Below are positions 51,102 through 62,805 of a DNA stretch of 64,000 bases, piece by piece. This stretch comes from Azolla caroliniana (taxonomy: Eukaryota > Plantae > Polypodiophyta). The stretch lies in NCBI GenBank assembly GCA_043228905.1, contig JBHGNT010000071.1, positions 57,589-121,588 of the forward strand, read 5' to 3'. Each line of letters starts with the position of its first letter. The first letter of the stretch is position 1. A program made the position numbers and the translations under genes. The notes beneath the pieces are model-generated. The model had not been told where the DNA came from and did no database searches. It saw only the letters and a list, made by a program, of their open reading frames with translations.

Positions 51102-53086
51102 ATGGACAAGGAGAGCTTTCATCACAATTATCGTGCATTCATTGCCTTATTCAAGGTTTGTGCAAAGAAAAAAGACCTTCAACAAGGCATTAAATTACAT
51201 GCCGAAATTTCGAAACAAGTTATACTCGAAAATAACCCATACCTAGTTAGTGCTTTGATCAATATGTATGCAAAATGTGGTGCCTTTCAAAAGCAAAACA
51301 AGTACTCGAAGACTTACCAACTCGAAATTCTGTCTCTTGGAATGCCCTTATTTCTGGATATGCACAACAAGGGCATGGTCAAAAAGCATTGGATTGTTTT
51401 GGAAAGATGCAACTAGAGGGCATTTCACCCGATGCATTCACTTTTACCTCTATCTTGAAAGTTTGTGGTAGCATAGTTGCTGTTGAAGAAGGACAAATAA
51501 TCCACAACGAGATTGTGGGTAGAGGCTTGTTAAAAAAGGATGTTGTGCTTGGCACTGCCCTGGTAGATATGTATGCCAAATGTGGTTTGCACAGAAAAGC
51601 ACAACTAGTACTCGACGAACTTCCTGAGAGAAACGTATTCTCTTGGTCTTCACTAATTATAGGGTATGTCGAACAAGGTCAAGGTCACAAAGCATTGAAT
51701 TGTTTTGAGCAGATGCAAAGTGAGGGACTCACTCCAGATTCAGTAACATTTATTTGTGTCTTGAAGGCATGTGGGCAAATAGGAGCTTCAGAGAAGGGTG
51801 GAGAAATCCATGAAGAGGTTTTGGATAGAGGCATATTGGAGAAGGATATTGTGCTTGGTAATGCTTTGGTGGATATGTATGTGAAATGCGGTTTACTTGC
51901 GAAAGCACAGAGGAACACATTAATTGTGGCATATGCTCACTTAGGGGAAGATCAGGAAGCATTGACCTGCTTTGATCAAATGCAAAGGGAGGGGCTATCT
52001 CCAGACACGGTCACCTTTCCTTCCATCTTAAAGGCTTGTGGTATCGTAGGTGCCATTGATAAGGGCAAACAAATACATTTAGATATTATGCATAAGGGAT
52101 TTCTGAATAAAGATGCTGCACTTGGAAATGCTTTGGTGGATATGTATGCCAAATGTAATATGTTTGGAGAGGCATGGAAGCTGCTGGAAGAGCTTCCTTG
52201 CCAAAATATCGTTGCTTGGAATGCCTTGATCTCAGTATATGTTGAACAAGGGCAAGGTCATGAAGCACTCAAATGCTATCAAAAAATAGAGAGAGAGGGG
52301 ATCTCTCCAGATATAGTCATGTTTACGTGCCTCCTGAAGGCATGTGGCAGCACAGGAGCCATAGACAAAGGCAAAGAAATTCATGGAGAGATTGTGAGTA
52401 GGGGTTTTCTAGAAAAAGACATTGTTCTTGGAACTACTTTGGTGGATATGTATGCCAAATGCGGCATGCTTGAAAAAGCACAAGAAGTGTTAGAGGATCT
52501 TAGTATATGAGATGTGGTCTGTTGGTCAGTATTGATAGCAGGATATGCTCGAAAGGGGAAAGGCTTAGAATCGTTGACATGTTTTAAAAGGATGCAAAGC
52601 GAAGGTCTTTCTCCGGACGAAGTCACACTCTTATGTGTTTTGAGTGCATGTTGTCATGCAGGTCTGTTGGATGAGATTCAAATGCTACACAGGGATATGG
52701 TAAAGAAATATGGTGTTACTCCAAATGTAGAACATCATGCTTGCATGCTTATGGTTTATGGATATGCAGGAGATTTTGACAAGGCAGTGTCAGTGATTAA
52801 AGTGATGCCATCTTGTTATCAGTCTCCACTTTGGCTTGTACTGTTGGGTGCTTGTAGAAAATGGGAAAATGTAAAGCTTGGGAGGTTAGCTTTTATTAAG
52901 ATTATAGAGTTAGATAATCACTGTGCTGCAGCTTATTTCCTCATGGCTAGTATTTATACAGCTGCTGGAATGCATACAGCTGCAGAAAATGTTAAATCCA
53001 TGAGATCAACAGCTGTTTCTCAGGATAAACAAAGGAATATTGTGCGGCTTGATGCAAATGGAAATATTCTTCTGTTGTCTATTTGA
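51102..53086 (+). pseudogene. PLS-E class PPR gene disrupted by a 1-nt frameshift (about 51283), an internal deletion (about 51912) and an in-frame TGA (52508-52510)
   Basis: Repeated WNALISGY / ISPDAFTFTSILK.CG / VLGTALVDMYAKCG triplets; ORFs 51275-52510 and 52514-53086 share a frame; ends with EHHAC..W..LLGAC..AAYFLMASIY (E motifs). Confidence 0.9.
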
Positions 53087-54643
53087 GATGCCAACCATTG
53101 CTGACATTAAGACATGCTCAAAACTCAAAAAATTGTCCATTTGTCCTCATCGGTACATATGAGAGGGAAACTTTACATGATTTGAATGAAATGGTATGTA
53201 CAATAATCGTCTGTCATATTTAATGTTTCTTTTTAGATCTACTTACAACGTAGAAATATAATGAGTAGACAATGAAGTGTATGTCCAACATCTAGTGTCT
53301 TAATATGGTGTGGTTGAAACTCCCCTCTACAGCAATTAAACACATTCAAGATGAGATTATTTGGGCAGTTTGTACACATAAATGCTTAATTACGTGGTTT
53401 CCTGAGCAGGGCAGGTGCACTGCTGTTTATATTCAACATATTGCAAGAGAAAGATCCCAATGTAATGCCTGCTTATAATGGATTCGAAGTTTGAGCTCAT
53501 CTACAGATGCATCAGTCTTGGGTTCCTGATAAATGTTTGTGATGGTTCCTGGAGACGCAAATACTAGAACACATTAAGAACTGGAAGGAGCTTGTCTGAC
53601 AAGGACTGAAAGACGTAGTAGAGAACTTGTGCATGACCTTTTATATACAGACATGCACACATATTTTTGATAAAATTGGAACAATACACATACATGTATA
53701 TATCTAGCACATGAAAATGTGAAGAGCTCAAACCTCAAATGCTTAACACACAGAAAGTTATATGCTCATATGGTGTTTTTGAGCTTTTGTCCAGCACCCA
53801 AATACATGATGTGGTTTTGGTTGAAAACATGATGAAATGCTTACTAAGCATTTTAATTTTCTTAATGTTTGTGAGCTCAATATTGCACGTGCCTTGGCTA
53901 ATTTTGAGGTGATTTTTTAGAGCTGCTGACTCCAAAGTATATATAGCACACATATATACTCAAGGTCCCAACTGCACACCTTGTTTGACAGATACAAACT
54001 TGTGTTCTCAGGTAGATCTCAAGTGATTGAATTCAACCTCACTGCCATTGTAGGAGATCTGGACGAGCTGATGCAATGGAATGGCTCATCCTCATTCTAC
54101 TTGACCTGCCCTCTATACACCATGATACTCTAGATGCTTAGGTAACCTATATCTGGGTATCTGGGTTCCATATCTATGCCTCCATGGACTCTCGACAAAG
54201 AGCATGCTTTGGTAAATCTTAATTGTTGTAAATTGTTTTAGCAGTGCATTCTTTTACATTGACCCCCCATATCGCAAGCATCACACTCATAAGAAATTAC
54301 AGAAAATGAGTAGTTTCTTTTTTGCTCTTAAGCTTAACAATTGTATCTAACCAGTGCCAATAAAGATTTCGGTCTTTTCAACAGCTTTTAATGCATAACT
54401 GCATGTTGGTACGATTTGATCAAATTGATGAAGTTAATGTCATATTCAATAAAGTTGTTGCCAATCGAACCAATGATGAAAAAAGATAACGCCACTCATA
54501 TATTGAATTTAATTTCAAGTTCATGTAATCATTAATTTACAATTATGGTGGCAGGCTAACTTCCAAGCTCAATGCTAGATTTATATATGACAAGGCATTT
54601 GTTTATTTCTGTTAGATTCTTCAATGAATTACTATCTACCTAT

Positions 54644-55076
54644 TTACTTGATAAGGCCAAATTTGTTCTTAGCATATTCAAGGGTATTGGATAACAACAT
54701 AACTATAGACATAGGACTGATACCCCATGGGACAGTGTTATGGCAGAGGCTATATTAGAGACCTCTTTGAAGCAAACATCTCCCACCAGCTTATAGCCTT
54801 TCTTGGAATGTGGGTCCTATAAATAAACACGGATTCAGTTGAAAGTGAGACATTTTCAATGAAATGCATAGCACAAAAATAGATAATGTGTAAAGTGCCT
54901 TTGTTTACATGGATGTAATTTAAACCAACATCGATAACGAGTGCACCATGCTTAATCCAGTCTCCACAAACAAGGTGAGGAATGCCAATTGCAGTAATCA
55001 CTACATCAGTTGTTCGGGTAATAGTAGCAGGGTTTTGTGTGTAGTTGTGTACAACAGTAACAGTAGCATGGTGCCA
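54644..55076 (-). pseudogene. folD: Last two exons of a FolD-type methylenetetrahydrofolate dehydrogenase/cyclohydrolase, frameshifted; upstream exons not found in the window
   Basis: Exon 55076-54909: HHATVTVVHNYTQNP..DVVITAIGIPHLVCGDWIKHGALVIDVGLN. Exon 54816-54644: DPHSKKGYKLVGDVCF..ASAIT then a 1-nt deletion before VPWGISPMSIVMLLSNTL (canonical ITPVPGGVGPMTIAMLLSNTL). Confidence 0.88.
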
Positions 55077-55208
55077 CTACAGGTTAGGACAATAAGCATC
55101 ACCAGAAATGTTGAATCAATATAAAAATGATTTTGAAAAAGAATGGAAATTATGGAGAATAGGCATTACATATGCAACCGAAACGTTGTGTATGAGTAAC
55201 ATGATGCA

Positions 55209-55286
55209 CAAAATATGAGACACATGAGGATGGTACATATGGAAGATACATTCCATATCTACTATCCTCATGTGTCTCATATTTTG
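55209..55286. repeat. Near-perfect inverted repeat: 36-bp arms, 6-nt loop
   Basis: CAAAATATGAGACACATGAGGATGGTACATATGGAA-GATACA-TTCCATATCTACTATCCTCATGTGTCTCATATTTTG, 2 mismatches. Confidence 0.95.
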
Positions 55287-55699
55287 GACACCCAACAACT
55301 TTCATTGGCATTGTGGGGAAAACAAATAAAAGTAATATGTTCACACGACTCATTGGCCATCAAGAGAAGAACATTGTTGGGGGGAGGGGAGGAGCAAAGT
55401 GCTTGTGGTGGCTGTCCCAACATGTGACCAAAATATCTGAAGAAATCAATAAGAAATGGACTTCTAAGTCTAGAGGCAGTGAAAGGTAGTCATGACTCTT
55501 GACTCATGAGTGAGGGAGTGTGTATTGAGAGTCTAGATTAAATTGGGCACATTCTTTTTAACAGCCCTCCACAAAATGTTTGACACTGTAGCCTAGATTT
55601 TCAAACTATGTATATGATTGCGTTTACACTTTTAAAACCTACGTCCCTATCCCTATCTCTTGGACAGATTCCAGAGCAGCCTCTGCAGATGACAGTAAT

Positions 55700-57382
55700 A
55701 TGGTAGCTCTTCCAGCTACTCGCTTCAAACGAGAATTCTCCTTAAATCTGAAAGAACATTTATTAACCCACGCCAGGAATAGAGCCTCACAACAGGTGCT
55801 AGATTATTATCAACGCTTGATCTCTTCTTCAAGTATAAAGCCTGATGAATATGTTTTAGTTGCTGCCATCAAAGCATGTGCATGTAAAGGAAACCTAATT
55901 CTAGGTAGGTACATTCATGTCGATATCATAGATGCAGGGCTTGAATCTCATGTGTATGTAGGAAGTGCACTTGTTAGTATGTACGTGAAATGTGGTAGCC
56001 TTGATGATGGTGAAAAAGTCTTTGATGGGTTATCAAGATATGATGTTGTTTGTTGGAATGCATTGCTTTCAGGCTACGCCTATCATGGACATATGGAAAA
56101 GATGGTTCAATGCTTTGACAAAATGAACAAGTCTGATCAATTTCAGCCCAATTTGGCTACTCTGAATGCATTGATTGCTGGATATTGTCGAGATAAGCTC
56201 AGCCACAAGGCTTTGCAAGTGTTTACGCAAATGCAACAAGAAGGTAATTGGATGCCTGATGGCGTTACCTATGCAAGCCTTCTCAATGCATGTAATTGGA
56301 TGGAAAAAGCTCATGATCAAGGCAAGATGATTCATGTTTTTATCATAGAGTGTGGGTTTGAATCTGATGCCTTTATCGCGAATTCCCTTGTGAATTTGTA
56401 TGTAAAATGTGAGGATTTCAAGCATGCAATTCATGTTTCCAAAAGAGTAGAAAAAATGGACTGTGTGACATGGAACGTTTTAATTGGAGGCTATGCAATG
56501 CATGGTCATATTCAGGAAGCCATTGAGGTTTTTAACAACATGCGTAAAGCGGGTATTTGTCCTGATCTTGTCACGTGGAACTCTTTGCTAACAGGATGTG
56601 TACAACATGGCTATGGTCAGCAAGCTTTTATACTCTTCCAACAAATGCAGGAACAGGGTTCAAATTCCGATAAGGTCACATTTGTGAATTCCTTAAAAAT
56701 ATGCTCCTTAGTAAGTTCTCTGGATCAGGGAAAAGTGATTCATGCTTGCCTTCTAGACACTGAAATGTGCTGTAATCTATTTGTTTGCAATGCGTTGATT
56801 GACATGTACGCTAAATGTGGGAGTTTAGATGATGCCTCTAGACATTTCCATGCCTTATCAAAGAGGGATCTAGTGTCTTGGAATACAATTATTGCATCAT
56901 ATGCCAGTTACAGACATCATATGATGGTATTTGAATGCTTCAGGGATATGCAAATAGATGGGTTTCAACCAGATGAGATAACTTTCCTCTGTGTTCTATC
57001 TGCATGTACCCATATGGGATTTTCGGAAATGGGTTGTATGTATTTTATGACCATGAGAGAATGTCTTGCCACATCTTGCAAGGTAGAGCACTATAACTGC
57101 ATTGTGGACTTATTGGCTAGGAAAGGTTGTTTGAAAGAGGCCAAGTCCCTGCTTGGAATGATGCCATTTGAAGCAAATCTTCGAGCATGGACTTCTTTAT
57201 TGAGTCATTGTAATACTTATGGTGAACTAAAATTAGGAAGGCATTGTTTTAATCAACTACTTTTGATCGATAACAAATATGCCTCAAGTTATGAACTTAT
57301 GTCAGCCTTGTATGCGCAGATGGGAATGTGGGAGGATGTGGTCCGAGTTCAAGAATTGAGAAGACGTGTCAATGCCTCATAA
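55700..57382 (+). CDS. Intact intronless PLS-class PPR protein with C-terminal E motifs, 560 aa, putative organellar RNA-editing specificity factor
   Basis: Uninterrupted ORF of P/L/S motifs (VGSALVSMYVKCGSLDDG, WNALLSGY, PDEITFLCVLSAC, EHYNCIVDLLAR..W.SLLSHC..SSYELMSALYAQMGMW); no DYW domain. Confidence 0.92.
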   Translation: MVALPATRFKREFSLNLKEHLLTHARNRASQQVLDYYQRLISSSSIKPDEYVLVAAIKACACKGNLILGRYIHVDIIDAGLESHVYVGSALVSMYVKCGSLDDGEKVFDGLSRYDVVCWNALLSGYAYHGHMEKMVQCFDKMNKSDQFQPNLATLNALIAGYCRDKLSHKALQVFTQMQQEGNWMPDGVTYASLLNACNWMEKAHDQGKMIHVFIIECGFESDAFIANSLVNLYVKCEDFKHAIHVSKRVEKMDCVTWNVLIGGYAMHGHIQEAIEVFNNMRKAGICPDLVTWNSLLTGCVQHGYGQQAFILFQQMQEQGSNSDKVTFVNSLKICSLVSSLDQGKVIHACLLDTEMCCNLFVCNALIDMYAKCGSLDDASRHFHALSKRDLVSWNTIIASYASYRHHMMVFECFRDMQIDGFQPDEITFLCVLSACTHMGFSEMGCMYFMTMRECLATSCKVEHYNCIVDLLARKGCLKEAKSLLGMMPFEANLRAWTSLLSHCNTYGELKLGRHCFNQLLLIDNKYASSYELMSALYAQMGMWEDVVRVQELRRRVNAS

Positions 57383-58818
57383 AGATTTTGTTGAATGTAA
57401 GATCTGGATACATCGTCACATTTTTTTCTTGGTAGATCTTTGATGATATGATAAAGGTAGAGAGGATGAAGAAAATAAATATAATAAACTGAAATAGTCT
57501 ATCAGGACAACATGTTTTATGTCTGCATGTCCAATTTGGCAAGCACTTCATGAGGCTAAGCTATCATCAGTCATGTCCTCAAGTTTCTTAGAGAATTTCA
57601 AGGAACTCTTACAGATTTGATCACTTCACTTAGGACCAAGCTTTCATCAAGAGAAGGCCTTGGTTATATGAAGAGGATCATTCATTGAAGATGCATCATA
57701 TTACTCGAGTTACAATGCTTGAATTATCATTCTTATGATGTATAGGATAGATGCTTTCATGTCGGGGCAGTTTTAAAAGGCCCTTAAAAAGAGATCGAAC
57801 CTCCAGCATACTAATACATTCTTTGTCAGAAAGAGTTCGAATTTCAGGATTCTGCTTGAGGCCAAAATTTCAGAGAGAGATTAGCATCTACTAGAGGCCG
57901 AAAATTCAGCCTTTGAGGAAATTCATGATTAGAAATATGGGTGAATTCATGTTATCCATATTGAAATAAAAATAAAAGTTCCATGATCATGATATTAATC
58001 CATTTGCTGAAATGGTTTTAGAGATGGTTGACAGTCATGAAGTGGGCATGAAATGCATAACTAATATGTATGGGTTGAGTAAGGGGCGATTGGACTTCGA
58101 ATCCAAAGTTACTTGGTGCTGTAGATAAGGCTATAGTCAAGTTCAAAAATTGCACATCTTTACAACAAATTATTTTTCTTCAACGAATTTGACATGATAT
58201 GATACCACAAGCAGACCACACTAGTTGGGCAAATGATGTATCTTCTATTTTATTGCCATTGATAATTTGGAATCTGAATGTGTCATGTTGCAGAAAGGAA
58301 TGCTTTTATTTGACACAGCTCAATATGATGGAATCCTAAAGAAGTTGCATATGTTTAACTCTTCCTTAGCAATTGATGAGGTAGTACCATGCTTCATCAC
58401 CTTCTATTTAATTGGAATGCAAGAGCTGAATGATTTTGGTGATGCGAATCACATATTGACAGGGAAAGAAAGAGTGTGTCCTCAGTGAATTAGAGCTTTT
58501 ACAACTGCATACAACTATTTCAATTCTGCAGGATGAGTCTCATTACCATACCAGCAGTTTGAGAGATGAGGATATTACACCAGTGTGGAAGATGCTTCTT
58601 TCATGGCCAGCATCTATGTTGTTCCCAGGTTCCCTTCCTGACTTCACTGTTATGATCATTTCTTTTGTTTAATAAATAAAGTATTTTATAGTACTTCAAA
58701 ATATAACTATCTGAATCAGAAAGCTAAATCAATCATGACAATGACTTACTACTAGAGTTTCGATGAACAGATCTTGATATTTTAAGAATCACTCTTTTGC
58801 ATCCTCAAGGCACAACGT

Positions 58819-59539
58819 TGTCGTAGTGTATTCCACACACTACGTGAAAACCATAAAATAATATATCCGATTTTAGATAAATATAAATAAATAAATAATA
58901 TATCAAAATATTTATCACGTGCATAGGGCAGGATTCGAACCCTGCACCTCCACGTAGATAAACCTCAACTTTACCTTTATGCTACCTTATCTTTAGTGTT
59001 CTACAAATAGATTTAATAACTATAAGTGCTTTAATTGCGCCTACCTTTATTAAAAGGTAAATCATGCATTTTTAGAGTGCGTGAATATTTTATAGAAAAA
59101 CGCAAGCAACTAAAAAGTGACTCATGCACATCTAGCGTGCATGAGCACTATATTTAGCAAATAAAAGCAAGGATTAGAAAAGCATCACATGCACATTTAG
59201 TGTGCATGAACATATTAGAAAAAAGCATGTAGCTATGCTTAGTCTCTCCCATCACTATATAAGGATGGGGAGCACATTGTTTTTTTTGTTGATTATTTTT
59301 CTATAATGATCAATCAATCTAAAATATTCGTGGGATTCACGAATTTGCTAAAATAATTCTCTCTTACTACCTAAATATTGACTAAATATACTAAACTCGT
59401 GGGATTCACAAGATTCTTATCTTATAACTCTTTATACCTATTCTTTACTAGCCTTATTTGTATTTTTCTTCCTCCTAGTCCAAAACCTCGGCGGTTCCCA
59501 CCCGACTCACGCAACGATCCGGAGCCGAAAGGCACGACA
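58819..59539 (+). mobile_element. Solo LTR (721 bp) with 4-bp TSD ACGT, in an intron of the PLAA fragment
   Basis: TGTCGT...ACGACA termini; ACGT at 58815-58818 and 59540-59543; CTATATAAG at about 59255 followed by T-rich R/U5-like sequence. Confidence 0.82.
58926..58990 (-). promoter_or_regulatory. tRNA-like Pol III A-box/B-box module inside the solo LTR
   Basis: Minus strand GG-TAGCATAAAGG (A-box-like) ... GCAG-GGTTCGAATCC-TGC (perfect B-box in a T-arm-like stem); no full cloverleaf. Confidence 0.65.
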
Positions 59540-62113
59540 ACGTTATTTGCACAATATGCACATTCTGGGAAAGGTGAGTACAGTCTAGATATATTGAAAA
59601 CGTTTGAGAGTGGCTAGAGTGAGTTTTTTATATGTGAATTGTTGGAGTTCTTTAAAGTTTCACAATTCTGCAGACATTATCATGGAGTCTCTAAAGAAAG
59701 CAGCTGCATTGCCTGCTATTGATGCGAATCAATTGATGTAAATACGCATTGCTGTTAACTGTTTCAGGCATTCTGCTCTTAAACAATGGATTTCATCCAA
59801 CCGAAGTGAGGTTTGTCTTACTCATAGGCTCAAGTTCTCTCAGTTGCCTTGGAGGTAAGGCTTTCTTAAATTTTCGCAGTTGTGTTTATTTTGCTAGAAC
59901 AAAGCTAATGTTAGGATAATATTTTTCCATACATGGCTGGGCCTGATGAGCAAGATCCAACATGCAGATACAGGGCTCTTGTTACTCTTAAGGTCTCTTG
60001 TAAGTTTCTCCTTGGTATTTTTTAATGTCAGGAACTATTGCTTTCTTGAAGATAAATGACAAATGGTTTTTGTTCATTCTTTCTTACAATATTAATGGGC
60101 TATTTACAATTTGTTTTATATTTCGTTTTAATTGCTTACAATACTAGAGGATATAATGTTTATATCAGTTACACAAACTACTCTTTTTTTATTTTGCAGA
60201 TCATGGATGGGCTGATGAAGAATATTGCTGTGGATTTAGATGTTGGAACCATAGCTAATTTTGCAGCTCTTTCAGCTGATTCAAACATTTCTAAAGTAGA
60301 TAAAGAAATTCAATATATTCTGGAGTCCAGTTAGATTTCCGGCAAGTTTTACAATGATAATGAAAGGTGGGGATTGCATCATCTTTTTAAGCACGTGATT
60401 AAACAAGAGACTTTCAGATGAATTATAGTTCTGAGACTAGTGATTGAGCTCACACACCAGTCGGGATTGGTAAATATTTTTCCATTTATTTTCTGGCTTT
60501 GTGAAATCCAAATGCTGGAAAACAAGAGTTGGTCTTATTTGCCAAACAATCCTCTAATGGAGAAGCACCACCTGCAAATAGCTGCCAAGCCAGCAGCTTT
60601 TGTAATGGAGACATCATTGAAGAGTAAAATGTCACTCATTCATTCAAAAATAGTTCTGCTAATTGATAATGTGCTCTCTACTGACTTTTATAACCTTAAT
60701 AAAAGGCCTATGACTTGTAATATAGAAGACCCAAACCAATAATTTGTTGTAAAGATGTGGAAGGTTGTTCAAAGATCATCATTTTTCTTCAACGAATTTG
60801 ACATGATATGATACCACAGGCAACTCCCTCAAAGGGGGAAAGATGTCTTGCTTTTCCGCTTAGCTATTACCTACGTAGACTCCAAGACGATTTCAAGGAT
60901 GGGAGAAATGTTTCGAAGTGGGACATTGTAGCCTCTGGTAGGAACACCTGAACACAGTGCCATTACAAGGTGTAGAATGTACTGGTCTGTAAAGCATATG
61001 TGCACTACTAATACAGGCGATGCAGTTCAGGGTATCAATGAAGGGTCGGAGTCTAAGATCTAGATCATGACAGTTCTTCTACCAAGTGCTGGATAAGCTT
61101 CGCCCTTGCCCTAGGTGAGCCACCTTAATAATACAGCAATCTTATTCTAGCACTTTGAGTATCTTACAGAAATGCAATTGAGTATCTAATACTAGTTAGG
61201 CTCTACTCACATAATCTTGAAACCAAGGAATGTAAGTGTGCTCTACTGAAATATATTTGAGATCAAGAAAGATGGACGTGTTCTTTTCTTATATACTTCG
61301 ATCATTTAAGGTGGACTAAGCACACCTTTAGTCTGTTAGAGACACTAATCAAGGTCGAATCAGAGGGGTTTAAACGTAAATGGTATCAAATATATAGATT
61401 AGATTCAATGCCCAAAATATGTAGCCTAATAAGCAATATAAATTATATTTCGTTCAGGTTCTCAGAGACATGAATATATTGACTCTTTCTTTCTTTCTTT
61501 ACAAAATACACATTCGTTTATAATAAAGAAGCAAAGAATAAACCCATAATCAAGTCAGGCCTCACTGATAAGTGTGAAAATATGGCAAAAGTTAACTCAA
61601 GCATCAGATGCCTCGCTGAGACACACTAGCTATTCTAACGGAGAGCTGCAAGAACATCAACATTAGATGCTCATTAAAGGGGGTAATGTTTGCTTTGTAC
61701 TTTTTTGATCCGATGGGTCACATCTGGCTAGATACTAATAAAATTAGCTAACGGCTACCTCTTCATCCCATCCTTTCCTCATAAGGTGTTCAAAATCCAT
61801 GTTCTAAAACCTTTCATGATTAAAAAGTGCACTTTTAGCTTAATGGAATCCTTTAATGCCAACCAATTTTGGGAAATTGTTCACTGGATCATTTTTTAAT
61901 CCAAACAACGCACAAGTATTCATCACAGGATTGCGGAAACCTTTGGGATATGATTTAATGTGAATGAACTAGGTTCACTCCTTGCTGATAAACCGGCAAG
62001 AAAGCATCAAAATATCATCAGTTTCCACGAGCAGGTGAAGGTGTATATATCAATAATAATGTATAGTAACGCAAAACAGTGACACTAATACTGTTCCTTA
62101 TTGGAACAATGAT

Positions 62114-62805
62114 AACTCAGAGATGAAGGACTCAAGCATGAAGCAAGAGGTAAGTAAAAGTATTAAAACATTTTCGGTCTATTTAATTAAGCAAATTATC
62201 CAGTATACTCCCTATCTCTTACAACGATTGTTCCACTTATTTTGCATAATAGAAATTCCATAAAAGAAAGATTAGATATAGCATATAAAAGAATACTATA
62301 CTATACTATATTGCAAATGTTCTAACGCAAGATACAGTGTACATTAATACTGTACAGAGATTCTATCAATGATTGAAACAGAGATAAGCGAACTCAGAGA
62401 TGAACTCGAACACGGAGCAAGAGGAAAGTTAAACAACATGAAAATAAAATCATCAAAGAATCGAACATTTAGTCTATCTAATGAAGCAAAATTATCTAGT
62501 ACACTCCACATATTTTACAACAATCGTTTCTAATGATTTTACATAATAGGAATTCCCGAAAAATAATTATTAAATATAGCGACTATAAGAATGATATATT
62601 ATATCCTAAATGTTCTGACACAAATTACAGTTTACATTAATACTGTAAAGAGATTCTATCATTTAATAGAAGTCCATCTAATTAAGCAAAATTATCTAGA
62701 ACGTTCCCTATCATTTACAACGATCATTTCTAATGATTTTGCATAACAGGAGTTCCATAAAATAAATTATTAGATACAGTCATTATAAGGATACTATACC
62801 ATACC
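62114..62805. repeat. Diverged tandem repeat of about 280 bp, two full copies plus one partial copy
   Basis: AACTCAGAGATGAA...AGCAAGAGG...TAAT.AAGCAAA(A)TTATC.AG...CATTAATACTGTA.AGAGATTCTATCA at about 62114 and 62391; partial copy from about 62672. Confidence 0.9.

Larger units (their letters stand above)
58294..60334 (+). pseudogene. PLAA: Intron-containing 3' fragment (PUL domain) of PLAA/Doa1/UFD3
   Basis: Exons 58294-58380 (KGMLLFDTAQYDGILKKL), 58532-58628 (DESHYHTSS..LLSWPASMLFP), 59674-59810 (in-frame TAA at 59739), 59828-59854 (AQVLSVALE), about 59933-60000 (CRYRALV, acceptor mutated) and 60200-60334 (MDGLMKNIAVDLDV..*). Some exons are missing; no WD40 or PFU exons upstream. Confidence 0.85.

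Noticed and set aside
52508-52510. Stop codon repaired by U-to-C editing or readthrough
   Set aside because: U-to-C editing in ferns is organellar, the locus has an independent frameshift and deletion, and CGA to TGA deamination is sufficient.
54644-57382. PPR gene nested in an intron of a functional folD
   Set aside because: No upstream FolD exons were recognised between 55077 and 64000 and the last exon is frameshifted; very distant exons outside the window cannot be excluded.
58926-58990. A genuine tRNA gene
   Set aside because: Only A/B boxes and a T-arm-like stem are present; no convincing acceptor or anticodon stem.
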